DNA of 64,000 bases from Elusimicrobiota bacterium (GTDB taxonomy: Bacteria > Elusimicrobiota > Elusimicrobia > JACQPE01). Below the pieces are notes generated by a model. The model worked only from the letters and a program-made list of their open reading frames with translations, did not search any database and was not told where the DNA came from. The position numbers and the translations under genes were made by a program. Below are positions 9,125 to 20,215 of the stretch, piece by piece (position 1 is the stretch's first letter; each line of letters begins with the position of its first letter). The stretch is from contig JBHPMF010000003.1 in the NCBI GenBank assembly GCA_042563375.1, positions 9,244 to 73,243 of the forward strand, in the 5' to 3' direction.

Positions 9125-10449
9125 GGATTTGGTATGGTCAGGATTTCCCCGACTTTTGGCAGGCCGCGTTCTATTTTCTCGGGATTTGATTTATAGATTA
9201 TATCCCAAAGGTTGGGGTCACCGTAATATTTTGTGGCTATTTTTCTCAGAGTATCTCCCATGGAGACCCTGTGCCTTTTCGGCCAAGCCGGCTTGGGAGG
9301 CCTTTTTTTCCTGGCTTCGCGTTCTGCGCGGGCCCGGGCTTTTGCTTTTTTATCAAGGGCCTTAAGTTCGATCTCGGACATTACCTCCCTTTGTCTTGAC
9401 TCAAGGGCTTTTATTTCATTCCTGAGCGTTCCAAGATCGCGTTCCGCTTTTAAAAGATCGTCTTTAGTCTGCCTTTTTTTGACTTTCAATGAGTTGAGTT
9501 CCCCGCTTATCCTCTGGGATTCCTCCGCTGCTTTCCCGACGAATTCTTCATAAAAACGCGTTCTGCCGAAAGAGTATGCGAACGAGAGCGAGGCAGAACC
9601 TTCGCTGCGATGCAGGCCTTTCATGGGGAGCTGAAAAGCGAAATCAAATTCCACCGGCGTAAGGTTGAACCCAAAACCGAAAGCCACTGTTTTAAGTTGC
9701 CCAAAACGGAAGCCTCGGCCGATGCTCATCCTGGCGATATCATGGAATAAGGACATCTCAATGGCAGGGTAGATCGTTGCATTGCCCTGTCTTGCGCGAT
9801 AATCCATCATCACCTTGAATTGTTTTATTCTTTTGCTTGCGCCGAGACAAAGGAACGGTCCATGCAGATCAAGATTGGATGATTCGATATTTGTCAATGA
9901 AGCTCCGATATCTACCTTTACTTTTGGGAATGAAAGAAGGGCTCCGGCTCCTACGCCTGCTCCGAGTTTGCTTGAATAGATACTCCCAAGGCCGGGGCGT
10001 TTTCTTTGATGTACGACATGAGCGTCCACCCCCCAGCTGAACGGGTTTTCCTCGAACATCTTCATTGGAAATTTATCGGTTTGCGCCCATCCCACATAAA
10101 AGCGGTCTATATTCTGCTGTTGTGAACGAGCTGCCTGCCACCCGCTTCCCGCTGTGATCCCCCTGAATACAGGCCTCATGTAGGAAAAATGGTATGTGGA
10201 GTATGGCTGCGTGTAATAATGAGCCAAGCCCGAGGCAACACTTTCCTCTGTGATCGATGCAAGTCCGGCGGGATTCGTGTACAGGCTTTGATGTCCTTGC
10301 GCGGAGCCTATATACGACTGGCCTAGCCGCGTAGTTCTGGCTCCGGCTGTGATATCCTCAAAGGTGGAAGCGTGCGAAGAAAGAGGCACAAGGCACAAGG
10401 CATAAGGCATAAGGATTGCAAGAACTTTCCACGTTTGCATAAGTTTCAA
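9118..10449 (-). CDS. Outer-membrane barrel (PorV/PorQ-like N-domain) fused to a coiled coil, a basic linker and a C-terminal LysM domain
   Basis: Signal peptide. GAR..RLGQ..IG......LYTNPAGLASI motif typical of PorV-like barrels. KAERDLGTLRNEIKALESRQRE coiled coil. LysM (HRVSMGDTLRKIATKYYGDPNLWDIIYKSNP). Confidence 0.6.
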   Translation of the reverse strand: MKLMQTWKVLAILMPYALCLVPLSSHASTFEDITAGARTTRLGQSYIGSAQGHQSLYTNPAGLASITEESVASGLAHYYTQPYSTYHFSYMRPVFRGITAGSGWQAARSQQQNIDRFYVGWAQTDKFPMKMFEENPFSWGVDAHVVHQRKRPGLGSIYSSKLGAGVGAGALLSFPKVKVDIGASLTNIESSNLDLHGPFLCLGASKRIKQFKVMMDYRARQGNATIYPAIEMSLFHDIARMSIGRGFRFGQLKTVAFGFGFNLTPVEFDFAFQLPMKGLHRSEGSASLSFAYSFGRTRFYEEFVGKAAEESQRISGELNSLKVKKRQTKDDLLKAERDLGTLRNEIKALESRQREVMSEIELKALDKKAKARARAEREARKKRPPKPAWPKRHRVSMGDTLRKIATKYYGDPNLWDIIYKSNPEKIERGLPKVGEILTIPNPK

Positions 10450-10458
10450 AGCTTATTT

Positions 10459-10524
10459 GGATCCCGGATCAAGTCCGGGATGAATATAATACGTCTCCAG
10501 TAGGGGACGCATGATATTCATTTT
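10459..10524 (+). repeat. D-type bipartite hairpin element (copy D2)
   Basis: Near-identical to D1 and D4. It lies in the spacer between two co-directional minus-strand genes. Confidence 0.8.
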
Positions 10525-10564
10525 ATATCTTTAATCCTTGATTGCTTTCTACCTTTCTATTTTT

Positions 10565-11650
<1,086 letters not shown>

Positions 11651-11684
11651 CTAATATCTTTCTTTGTCCGCGCTCATTCGTACT

Positions 11685-12989
11685 CTAAAATCTTACCACG
11701 CTTGAAACCGCCCATTGATATATGTCGGTTACAAGACTCAGATTCCAGTAGGAGTATTCGACTTTGAAATGAAAATCCTTTATTTTCGAGCGTGTTCCTA
11801 TCGTATATTTTGAGATGGTTCGTTTTATGCGCGGCGCGGTATCTCTTATGAAGGTATAGTTTTTCCACGCGTCAGTGGCCATTTGTTCTCCTTCCCGCAT
11901 CATCGAACTTATGCCCATGAATAGATATGTGTCAGTGCCGTAGAACCATCTTGGAAGGTTGAGCGCTGTTGAGACGTAATAACCTCTGAGACGCTCATTG
12001 TGGATAGGAAGGGGTTGCTCGTCACGGTCAGCGACAGAGGAGCTCCTGGCTATGCGGTAATTCATCATGGGCACGATTATGTATTCCCCTGTGATCGAGT
12101 ATCTGTCATATTGAAACACAAAATCAGTGCCAAACACCCTTTGGTCAAGGCGGTCCTCCACATCGTACTTATTTGTAAAACCGGAAAAACCGATTTGGGC
12201 GCCGTTAAGATGTATGCCTTCAGGCAAAAACGGGATGCGCAGGTCTCCTATGGCAAAGCGAACCCTTCCGCCTGCCATCTTGGTGTCATTGTTGTCTGCC
12301 AAAGTCGTTTGCTCATGTCCGTAATCCGCCAGAACGCCGCCTTGCTGTCTTGGCTCTCCTAGGCCCTCTGCCCTGGGGAACCCCCTGCCGCGAAGCGGGT
12401 TTTCAGCGAATCCATTGGATACGTAAAGATCGATCCTTGACGGAACGTATGCTTTTTCGGCTTTTGGAAGCATTGTGGCTATGATCCCCAGGTCGGCAAA
12501 TCCCGAGGCCATTACAGGTTGCGCAATATTAAGCCGTGCGATAAAGTCAAGGCTTTGCGGCGAGCTGTATGGCAGAGGTCTTGTTATTGAAAGAAAATCA
12601 CTTTGCTTGTATATTTCATTTCCCCTGCCGAAAGGTATCATTGATTTTCCAAGGGTCAAAAAGAATTTCTCGATTTTCGCGTAGTTGAGATAAAACTGGT
12701 TTATAACAGGTTTTGATTCCAGGTCCATGGTGAATTCAATGAATTTGGGCAGCCTGGTTTCAGATGGTTTGTTGAATGAAAAATAAATGTCAGAAACGTA
12801 AAGCTGGTTCTCAACTTCCACTTCTGCTTCTGTTCTTCCGATACCGCGGTAGTTAGCGCTCATCTCGCCGTCAACAGTCCAGTTGTTGGCAGATAGATCC
12901 GCTGAGCTGCCAGGACGCAAAGGCATTAAGGAAAAAATTGCAGCGCAGAATAGATATTTTTTATAGTTAGTTTTCTTGATCATTCCCAT
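11685..12989 (-). CDS. Putative outer-membrane beta-barrel protein
   Basis: Signal peptide, alternating beta-strand-like pattern, and a C-terminal ...SSVVRF ending in Phe (an OMP signature). Confidence 0.5.
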   Translation of the reverse strand: MGMIKKTNYKKYLFCAAIFSLMPLRPGSSADLSANNWTVDGEMSANYRGIGRTEAEVEVENQLYVSDIYFSFNKPSETRLPKFIEFTMDLESKPVINQFYLNYAKIEKFFLTLGKSMIPFGRGNEIYKQSDFLSITRPLPYSSPQSLDFIARLNIAQPVMASGFADLGIIATMLPKAEKAYVPSRIDLYVSNGFAENPLRGRGFPRAEGLGEPRQQGGVLADYGHEQTTLADNNDTKMAGGRVRFAIGDLRIPFLPEGIHLNGAQIGFSGFTNKYDVEDRLDQRVFGTDFVFQYDRYSITGEYIIVPMMNYRIARSSSVADRDEQPLPIHNERLRGYYVSTALNLPRWFYGTDTYLFMGISSMMREGEQMATDAWKNYTFIRDTAPRIKRTISKYTIGTRSKIKDFHFKVEYSYWNLSLVTDIYQWAVSSVVRF

Positions 12990-13461
12990 CTTTTAAGAAT
13001 CTTCTATATAGAAAATCGTCCAGGGAGATGGATTTTGCGCCGGTGAGCATTATGGCCAAACATCCTCCCATCAATACAAGATTGTATTCTATTCCATGGC
13101 CTTTGCCCGGCATATTGAACCAATTGATGAAAAATCCGTGTTGCAGATGTACCAGCAAAATGGCGAAAACCATTATGATCGAAAACCCGAGAGCGCAAAG
13201 CCTTGATAGCAGTCCCATGATCAGGAATATCCCTCCGAAAAATTCGATCAGAACCACAAGGATCGTCAAATACGAAGGTATGCCAAGATGCGAATGGAAC
13301 GCTTCGATCGTTTTGGCCAGCCCTGCTCCGTAAAACCATCCCAGAAGTTTTTGCGCGCCATGAGCGAAGAAAACAGCTCCGATCGCAAGCCTCAGGACAA
13401 ATATAGCGAGATCGTCACAAGTGGGGATTTTGTCTGCGATCCGGATCATTCTATGAAGCAT
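12967..13461 (-). CDS. DoxX family membrane protein
   Basis: LRLAIGAVFFAHGAQKL...FFGGIFLIMGLLSRL pattern with four TM segments. Confidence 0.8.
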   Translation of the reverse strand: MLHRMIRIADKIPTCDDLAIFVLRLAIGAVFFAHGAQKLLGWFYGAGLAKTIEAFHSHLGIPSYLTILVVLIEFFGGIFLIMGLLSRLCALGFSIIMVFAILLVHLQHGFFINWFNMPGKGHGIEYNLVLMGGCLAIMLTGAKSISLDDFLYRRFLKDGNDQEN

Positions 13462-13653
13462 AAGAAATTAGCCTAATTTTATTCTTTTTTGTGTCAATAT
13501 TCAGCATGCTCTTTCTTGATTTTATCATTCAACGAAGCAGTCCTGTGGCATATTCCGCAGGGCATCATTCATCATTCTATTCAGGAGTGTCCCCCGATTC
13601 CAGGTTTTCTCAACTACTTGACTTTAGAGCCATGTTTTAGCATATTGTATTAA

Positions 13654-14364
13654 GTGACACGCTTGACTCTTATAATTTTTGTATTTGTTTTTGGCATTCT
13701 GGGTTATATCTCGTATATCTCAAAGATATCATTGGATGAATCCAATAAGAGAAAGGAAGAGGTGCGCGAATTGATCCTGGAGTTCGCTGACATTAAGAAG
13801 AGGAATTCGGACAATCAGGCCGCGATAGAAATGACTTTCTACGCTAAAAACGAGCTTGAGAAGCTGAAAACTATTTGGGGCAAGATCAGCGTTGAGGAAA
13901 AAACCCGGATAAAGAAATCCCTGGTTGATCCATCTATTTTTTTTGAACGCGCTCAACTTTTTCTGGATAAGGCTACTGACGGGGATGGACAGATGGTTTT
14001 TAATGCCATGGTGCTTATCAATGCAGCGGGTTCGATAGTGGGCCGCAAACATGCTCCGATCATGGCTAAAAGCGCGCGTGTCATTGAGCCTCCGAGTTTA
14101 ACGGCCGCGGCGATCGAGCCGTCCTCGGAAATTGAGGATGTTGATAAAACCGGTTCCGAGGAAATCATAGCTGATGATCCCGGCCTCCGGGATAGCGTCG
14201 CTCAATTCTACATGGTAAGAGCAGGGGATACTCTTTGGGAAATATCAAAGAGGCTTTACAATACACCATGGCATTGGCATACCCTATGGAAAACAAATGA
14301 AGCCAGGATCCCCAATTACAGGAAAATGCCGGCAGGCATGAAGCTAAGGCTCCCATTATTATAA
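13654..14364 (+). CDS. Membrane-anchored LysM domain protein
   Basis: GTG start, N-terminal TM (LTLIIFVFVFGILGYISYI), and C-terminal LysM (YMVRAGDTLWEISKRLYNTPWHWHTLWKTN). Confidence 0.65.
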   Translation: MTRLTLIIFVFVFGILGYISYISKISLDESNKRKEEVRELILEFADIKKRNSDNQAAIEMTFYAKNELEKLKTIWGKISVEEKTRIKKSLVDPSIFFERAQLFLDKATDGDGQMVFNAMVLINAAGSIVGRKHAPIMAKSARVIEPPSLTAAAIEPSSEIEDVDKTGSEEIIADDPGLRDSVAQFYMVRAGDTLWEISKRLYNTPWHWHTLWKTNEARIPNYRKMPAGMKLRLPLL

Positions 14365-14458
14365 AGATGTCATATACCGGATATCAGATATCAGATCGTA
14401 AAAAGGAATCTTTCTTTATCTTGCATCTGACATCTTGCATCTGACATCTTCTTTTATT

Positions 14459-15502
14459 ATGCGCAAATTGATCCTAAAATGTCCCGCCAAGATAAACTTG
14501 TATTTACGGATTGATCCCAAAAAGAGAAGCCGCCTGCACCCCCTGCAGACATTGATGGCCAGAACAAGTCTCGTTGATACGCTGGAAATCAGCGAGGAGA
14601 ATAACAAGGGCAGGACCGCGCAAGACGCCGGCGCTCAAGCGATCTTTGAGACCCCGAGACTTACATTTCACCTGAGATTTTCAAAACACTATCCGCGTGA
14701 GTCAAGACAGGAACTTCTTTGCGGACTTTCGGAAAACCTTGTCATCAAGGCGCATGATCTTGTGGAAAAAACAATCCCTTCGATTAAAAATAGGAAAACC
14801 CGGATAAAGCTTTTTAAAAACATACCGGTGGGAGGGGGTCTGGGAGGAGGATCTTCTAATGCCGCGTGCGCGCTAAGGGGGCTGGCGGTTTTTTATCGTA
14901 TGCCCATCAAAAAGAATGTTCTTTTGCGCATGGCTCAAAATTTGGGGTCTGACGTCCCGTTCTTTTTAAAGGAGGGGGGTCCATTCTGGTGGGCGGATGG
15001 CTATGGCGAAAGGCTCAAGGAGATAAAGGTTCCAGGCAAACTGCCCTGTTTGATCCTTTATCCCGGGTTTGCCTCTTCCACGCAGCGCGCATACTCGCTT
15101 CTGGATAAAAGCTTTGCCTGTGCCGGCAAGAGAAGGGGGGGAGTTTTCTTGACACCTAATTACATTATTCGTAAACTCTCTACTGATGTAGCGTCTTTGC
15201 TCGACAGGACATTGAGCGGTTGTAGCGGGAATCGCACTCTTAATGGGCGCGGTTTGACATATAACTCTTTTGAAGAGGTCGTATTCGCAAGACATCCTGT
15301 TTTAGTAAAGGCGAAGCTTTGGCTTTTGAACAACAAGGCATTGAAAGTGGGGCTTAGCGGAAGCGGCTCATGCCTTTTTGCCATAGGCAAAAGCCTGTTC
15401 GAATGCCATAAGATGGCGAGATCGATAAATGGTACGCAATTATTTAATGGGTTTAACTGCTACGTATGTGAAACTTGCGATAGCATTACATATAAGTCAT
15501 AG
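14459..15502 (+). CDS. ispE: 4-diphosphocytidyl-2-C-methyl-D-erythritol kinase
   Basis: KCPAKINLYL and PVGGGLGGGSSNAA GHMP-kinase motifs. The ATG at 14459 is preferred over the TTG at 14435. The protein is longer than usual IspE. Confidence 0.8.
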   Translation: MRKLILKCPAKINLYLRIDPKKRSRLHPLQTLMARTSLVDTLEISEENNKGRTAQDAGAQAIFETPRLTFHLRFSKHYPRESRQELLCGLSENLVIKAHDLVEKTIPSIKNRKTRIKLFKNIPVGGGLGGGSSNAACALRGLAVFYRMPIKKNVLLRMAQNLGSDVPFFLKEGGPFWWADGYGERLKEIKVPGKLPCLILYPGFASSTQRAYSLLDKSFACAGKRRGGVFLTPNYIIRKLSTDVASLLDRTLSGCSGNRTLNGRGLTYNSFEEVVFARHPVLVKAKLWLLNNKALKVGLSGSGSCLFAIGKSLFECHKMARSINGTQLFNGFNCYVCETCDSITYKS

Positions 15503-15519
15503 GAATTAAGGGGGAAAAC

Positions 15520-15882
15520 ATGGAACCAACAGAGATACGCATCCATCTAAGAAATGAGAAGAAGCTCAAGGCTTTTGTCACTGTTACTCTGGACAATGCC
15601 TTTGTCATTCATAATATGAAGGTCATAGAAGGGCAGAAAGGTCTGATCCTTTGTATGCCCAGTCGCAAGGGGCCTGACGGACAGTTTCGCGATGTAGCAC
15701 ATCCAATTTCCAATGAATTCAGGAGTTTGCTCGAAAAGAAAGTCTTTGAAGCGTATGAAAAAGAGGTGAAAAACCTCTCAGACAGCGTAGGGCAAATTCA
15801 AGAAAAGGCAAAAGAGCCTGCTGCTGAGGCGACGCAAAAAGCTTCAGAGCCTGCTGCCGAGGTGACACAAAAGTCCTCTTGA
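15520..15882 (+). CDS. spoVG: SpoVG family protein
   Basis: KAFVTVTLDNAFVIHNMKVIEGQKGL...MPSRKGPDGQFRDVAHPI. GGGGGA RBS. C-terminal tandem repeat EPAAE(A/V)TQK. Confidence 0.9.
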   Translation: MEPTEIRIHLRNEKKLKAFVTVTLDNAFVIHNMKVIEGQKGLILCMPSRKGPDGQFRDVAHPISNEFRSLLEKKVFEAYEKEVKNLSDSVGQIQEKAKEPAAEATQKASEPAAEVTQKSS

Positions 15883-15926
15883 GTTACGGGTGTCAAATAA
15901 TATAAAGGGAGGAAATCACCGCTAGA

Positions 15927-17297
15927 ATGAAATCATTAACAGTTGTTATTTTAGCCGCTGGTGAAGGAACCCGCATGGCTTCTCGTATCCCCAAGGTACT
16001 GCATCCGCTTGGTGGAGAGCCAATGCTTTTCTACGTGATTCGCGCTGCCATTGCATTGCGACCGAAAAAAATCGTGATAGTTTTGGGGCGTGATGAGGAT
16101 CGGATCCAGGCCAAGGTAATGGAAGAGTTCTCATCAGCAAAGATGATAACGTTTGCCAGGCAGTCAAAGCCTCTTGGTACAGCTCACGCTGTGGCAAGCA
16201 TAAAAGGTCAGTTCAAAGATACAGGCACCCTTCTTGTGCTCTATGGCGATGTTCCGCTTGTATCAAAAGACTCATTGGAGGATTTGCTTAGCTTCCATAA
16301 GCGCGAAAGAAACAGGGCCACAGTTCTGACTGCCAGGCTCGCCAATCCATATGGATATGGGCGTGTGGTCAGGGGCCCTACCAATGCCCTTCTTAAGATC
16401 GTTGAAGAGATCGACGCATCATTGCGAGAGCTGTCTATCCATGAGATCAATTCGGGTATTTACGCGTTTGAATGGGATACGCTTTCCGCAGTGCTCCCGA
16501 ACATCACGATGAACAACGCAAAGAAGGAGTATTACTTGACCGACACCCTTGAGATTTTACGCAATCAGGGATTAAGAGTCGGAGGATGGCTTACGTCAAA
16601 CGGCGAGGAAGTTCTGGGTATCAACAGCCGTGTTGATCTTGCGCGCGCTGAAAGCGTACTGCAGAGGCTGACGCTGGAGGGCCTCATGAGCGAAGGCGTC
16701 ACGATATTCTTGCCGCACAGCGTGTTCATTGAACCCAGGGTCTCGATCGGTGAAGACAGCGTGATCTATCCGGGAACTATCATTAAAGGCAGGACAGTCG
16801 TCGGAAAGGGCTGCGTGTTGGGGCCGAACCTTTACATCGAGAGATCGACAGTCGGCAATAACGTTCGCGCGCATTATTCCTATATCAGGGAAGCCACAGT
16901 GGCTGATTCCGTCAATATCGGGCCTTTTTCGCATTTAAGGCCGGGCACACATGTGGATTCAAAGGCAAGAGTGGGTAATTTTACGGAGATCAAATCTTCA
17001 CACATAGGTGAAGAAGCAAAGGTGCCGCATCTGTCCTATATCGGCGACAGTGAGATAGGAGTAAGAGCCAATATAGGCGCTGGTACGATTACCTGTAATT
17101 ATGACGGTGTTCGCAAAAACAAGACTGTTATTGACAATGACACATCCATTGGTTCCAATGTCAATCTGATCGCGCCTGTTAAGATCGGCAGAAATTCACT
17201 CATTGCCGCGGGCTCGACGATCACGCGCGATGTGCCGTCTAATACGCTTGCAGTCGCAAGAAGCTATCAGGTAAATAAGCGCAGAAACCTCAACTAA
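15927..17297 (+). CDS. glmU: Bifunctional UDP-N-acetylglucosamine pyrophosphorylase / glucosamine-1-phosphate N-acetyltransferase
   Basis: VILAAGEGTRM...PKVLHPLGG N-domain and a C-terminal hexapeptide-repeat (left-handed beta-helix) region. Confidence 0.95.
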   Translation: MKSLTVVILAAGEGTRMASRIPKVLHPLGGEPMLFYVIRAAIALRPKKIVIVLGRDEDRIQAKVMEEFSSAKMITFARQSKPLGTAHAVASIKGQFKDTGTLLVLYGDVPLVSKDSLEDLLSFHKRERNRATVLTARLANPYGYGRVVRGPTNALLKIVEEIDASLRELSIHEINSGIYAFEWDTLSAVLPNITMNNAKKEYYLTDTLEILRNQGLRVGGWLTSNGEEVLGINSRVDLARAESVLQRLTLEGLMSEGVTIFLPHSVFIEPRVSIGEDSVIYPGTIIKGRTVVGKGCVLGPNLYIERSTVGNNVRAHYSYIREATVADSVNIGPFSHLRPGTHVDSKARVGNFTEIKSSHIGEEAKVPHLSYIGDSEIGVRANIGAGTITCNYDGVRKNKTVIDNDTSIGSNVNLIAPVKIGRNSLIAAGSTITRDVPSNTLAVARSYQVNKRRNLN

Positions 17298-17447
17298 TCC
17301 CACAACGCTGTAGTGTTACAGCGTTAGTGCGTTATTGAGTTATAGCATTAGCGGTTGTGTGTTTACAGCATGATAAGACTATAGCTCTGTAACGCTATAG
17401 TCTTCTATGAGACTATTTGTTCGTATCCATAAGGTGAAAATTTATAT

Positions 17448-18422
17448 ATGAAGCTCAAAAATAAGAGACGCAGGGAAAACAACCTGGCTTTTTTTAGCGG
17501 TAATTCCAATAGGCGTTTGGCGTTGGAGATAGGCAGGTATCTAAAAATACCTCTTGGAAACGCTGATGTGACCCGTTTCGCGGATGGAGAGGTCCATGTG
17601 ATGATAAAAGAGAATGTCCGCGGAAAAGATTGTTTTGTTCTTCAGGGCATAGCGCCGCCTGTGAATGAAAACCTGATGGAGCTTCTTGTTATGCTTGACG
17701 CGTTAAGGCGCGCGTCAGCCGGTAAGATAACAGCGGTTATTCCGTATTTCGGGTATGCGCGCGCAGACCGAAAAGCTCAGCCCCGCACTCCTATCACGGC
17801 AAAGCTGGTCGCTAACATTCTGGCCAGTTCCGGGGCAAGCCGTGTCATAACAGTGGATCTTCATGCCGGGCAGATACAGGGATTTTTTGACATACCGCTG
17901 GATCACCTTTTTGTGACCAAGGTATTATTGAGCCACTTGATCAAGAGGCACATAAAAGATGTCGTGGTCGTGAGTCCGGATGTAGGGGGAGTGGAACGGG
18001 CCAGGTATTTCGCCAAAGTGCTCAAATGCCAGCTTGCTTTTGTTGATAAAAGAAGGCCAAGGGCCAATGAAGCGAATGTTTATAATGTTGTGGGGCAGGT
18101 GAAGGGGAAGCAAGCGGTTATCGTGGATGACATAATCGATACCGGCGGGACACTGACAAAGGTGGCCAAGGCTTTGATGAAGCGCGGAGCGAGTTCTTGC
18201 TCAGCTCTCATATCGCACGGACTTTTAACAAGGAACGCCTTGAACAATATCGAGCAGTCAGCGCTTAGCGAGCTGGTTCTAACTAATTCCATTGATTTAT
18301 CAGAGAAAATATCTAAATCCAAAAAAATCAGAACTGTGTCAATTGCGGGACTTCTTGGCGAGGCGATCAGGAGGAATCACTGCGGTGAGTCCATCAGTGA
18401 GCTTTATAAAGATCTTTATTAA
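17448..18422 (+). CDS. prs: Ribose-phosphate pyrophosphokinase
   Basis: DLHAGQIQGFFDIPLDHL and VDDIIDTGGTL PRPP-binding motifs. Confidence 0.95.
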   Translation: MKLKNKRRRENNLAFFSGNSNRRLALEIGRYLKIPLGNADVTRFADGEVHVMIKENVRGKDCFVLQGIAPPVNENLMELLVMLDALRRASAGKITAVIPYFGYARADRKAQPRTPITAKLVANILASSGASRVITVDLHAGQIQGFFDIPLDHLFVTKVLLSHLIKRHIKDVVVVSPDVGGVERARYFAKVLKCQLAFVDKRRPRANEANVYNVVGQVKGKQAVIVDDIIDTGGTLTKVAKALMKRGASSCSALISHGLLTRNALNNIEQSALSELVLTNSIDLSEKISKSKKIRTVSIAGLLGEAIRRNHCGESISELYKDLY

Positions 18423-18435
18423 TAATTGTAGATAT

Positions 18436-18514
18436 ACACGAATCAACGCGAATAGGGATACGCGAATTGATGCGAATAAAAAGTAATTTAAATTAATTCG
18501 CGTTCATTCGCGTG
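18436..18514. repeat. CGCGAAT-word hairpin immediately upstream of the rplY RBS
   Basis: ACACGAATCAACGCGAAT... pairs with ATTCGCGTTCATTCGCGTGT. The 3' arm recurs as an identical 23-mer (AATTCGCGTTCATTCGCGTGTCT, 18494-18516 and 20148-20170). Confidence 0.7.
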
Positions 18515-18534
18515 TCTTATCAGGGAGGAACATC

Positions 18535-19266
18535 ATGGCTGAAGAATTGGAAATTTTAGCGGAGCTCAGGGGTTCAAATATTAGCAAAGGCGATCTTACT
18601 ATCGCAAGAAAGAATTTAAAGATTCCGGGTGTGATATACGGGGGAAAAGAGAAATCTGTTCCCGTATGGATCAGCTGGAAGGAGCTCGATAAGATCCTGC
18701 GCAAATCAGTAAGTACCAACTTGCTTTTTCGCGTGAGCTTTAAGGACGAAGACAAGGCAGCGATTGGCAAGGGAAAAGCTCCGCGCGTGCTTATAAAAGA
18801 GATCCAGTATGATCCGGTGCGCGGGCAGGCGGTTCATATCGACCTGCTCAGGGTCGCGTTGACGCAAAGGGTTGAAGTATCTGTTAAGATCAAGCTTTTC
18901 GGCGAAGCCAAAGGCGTTAAGGTACAAAGCGGAATCCTTGAACATCTCATCAGGGAATTGAAATTGCGCTGTCTGGCTACAGCCATTCCTTCTGAGGTCA
19001 GGGTCGACATCACGGAGCTGGAAATCGGCAAGTCAATGTTCGTGAAAGACCTGCAGATACCCGAAGGCGTCGAGTTGTTGACAGACCGCAATTCTGTTGT
19101 CGTCCATGTCGTGGCTCCTGCAAAGGAAGAGGAAGTAAAGCCCGATGAAGCAGTCGCCACAGAGCCTGAAGTGATGTCTAAGGGCAAGAAAGAGGAGGTT
19201 CCTGCTGAAGGTAAGGAGGCTGCCGCGTCGCCTGAGAAGAAACAGCCGCCTGAGAAGAAGCAGTAA
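18535..19266 (+). CDS. rplY: 50S ribosomal protein L25 / general stress protein Ctc
   Basis: IPGVIYGG motif, a two-domain Ctc-type length, and an acidic/lysine-rich C-terminal tail. Confidence 0.9.
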   Translation: MAEELEILAELRGSNISKGDLTIARKNLKIPGVIYGGKEKSVPVWISWKELDKILRKSVSTNLLFRVSFKDEDKAAIGKGKAPRVLIKEIQYDPVRGQAVHIDLLRVALTQRVEVSVKIKLFGEAKGVKVQSGILEHLIRELKLRCLATAIPSEVRVDITELEIGKSMFVKDLQIPEGVELLTDRNSVVVHVVAPAKEEEVKPDEAVATEPEVMSKGKKEEVPAEGKEAAASPEKKQPPEKKQ

Positions 19267-19293
19267 CTCAGTTCTCTTTATGGGATCTCCGGC

Positions 19294-19917
19294 ATGATCC
19301 CGGCAAAAGCGCCGGGAGGGGGCCAGGCAGGGAAAAAGCTGCCGGATATTTTTGTCGTAGGCCTTGGCAATCCTGAGCCGAAATATTTTCCCACCAGGCA
19401 CAATCTGGGTTTTAGATTTATTGATAAGCTTATTGATAAATCCGAAAGCGTCAAAGAATCCTATTTTTCCAGTAAGCAAGTCCAGGTCTGGCAGCTTGTC
19501 TGCGGCGATACGCAGATAATGGCAGTTAAACCCATGACTTATATGAACAACTCAGGAGAAGCGATAGGCCGGCTTAAGGGGAAATTCGGCAGCGCAGCGA
19601 TCGATCGCTTGCTCGTAGCTTATGATGATGTGAGCATCGAACTTGGAATGATCCGATTAAGAACAAGCGGATCATCCGGCGGACATCGCGGGATGGATTC
19701 AGTGATAGCGCACGCTAAAACTAAGGATTTCGCAAGACTTCGCTTAGGTATCGGGCCCAAACCTGTGAACATGGATAGTGCGGATTTTGTACTCTCTACT
19801 TTTAAAAAATCAGAGGAGAATGCAGCGGAAGACATGCTTGAAAAGGCTATGAGCGTATTCAGTCTTGTCCTAAGCAATGGCATTGAATACGCGATATCAA
19901 GGATGGGAACAGTATGA
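19294..19917 (+). CDS. pth: Peptidyl-tRNA hydrolase
   Basis: VGLGNPEPKYFPTRHNLGF and GGHRGM motifs. Confidence 0.9.
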   Translation: MIPAKAPGGGQAGKKLPDIFVVGLGNPEPKYFPTRHNLGFRFIDKLIDKSESVKESYFSSKQVQVWQLVCGDTQIMAVKPMTYMNNSGEAIGRLKGKFGSAAIDRLLVAYDDVSIELGMIRLRTSGSSGGHRGMDSVIAHAKTKDFARLRLGIGPKPVNMDSADFVLSTFKKSEENAAEDMLEKAMSVFSLVLSNGIEYAISRMGTV

Positions 19918-19921
19918 AATC

Positions 19922-20196
19922 CACGCGAATGAACGCGAATAAGAGAACGCAAATTTACGCGAATAAGAATGGCTGTTCGGGATCATCTGTCATGCTGAAC
20001 TTGTTTCAGCATCTCTCTTTTTTGTCATTCCAAGGCAAAGGATTCCGGATCACGGAAGCTCCCGGGTTAGACCTGGGATGGCTTTGCCGATTCGCTGATA
20101 TGTTTTTGCTCGCGTGTTCTTATTCGTGCCAATTCGCGCGTCTTCCTAATTCGCGTTCATTCGCGTGTCTTTACAATTCGCGTCCATTCGCGTTTC
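19922..20196. repeat. CGCGAAT-word inverted repeat with an unrelated hairpin element (about 19985-20100) nested in its loop
   Basis: 19922-19940 CACGCGAATGAACGCGAAT is the perfect reverse complement of 20149-20167. Confidence 0.75.
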
Positions 20197-20215
20197 TTTA
20201 TAGGGAGGAATTTTT

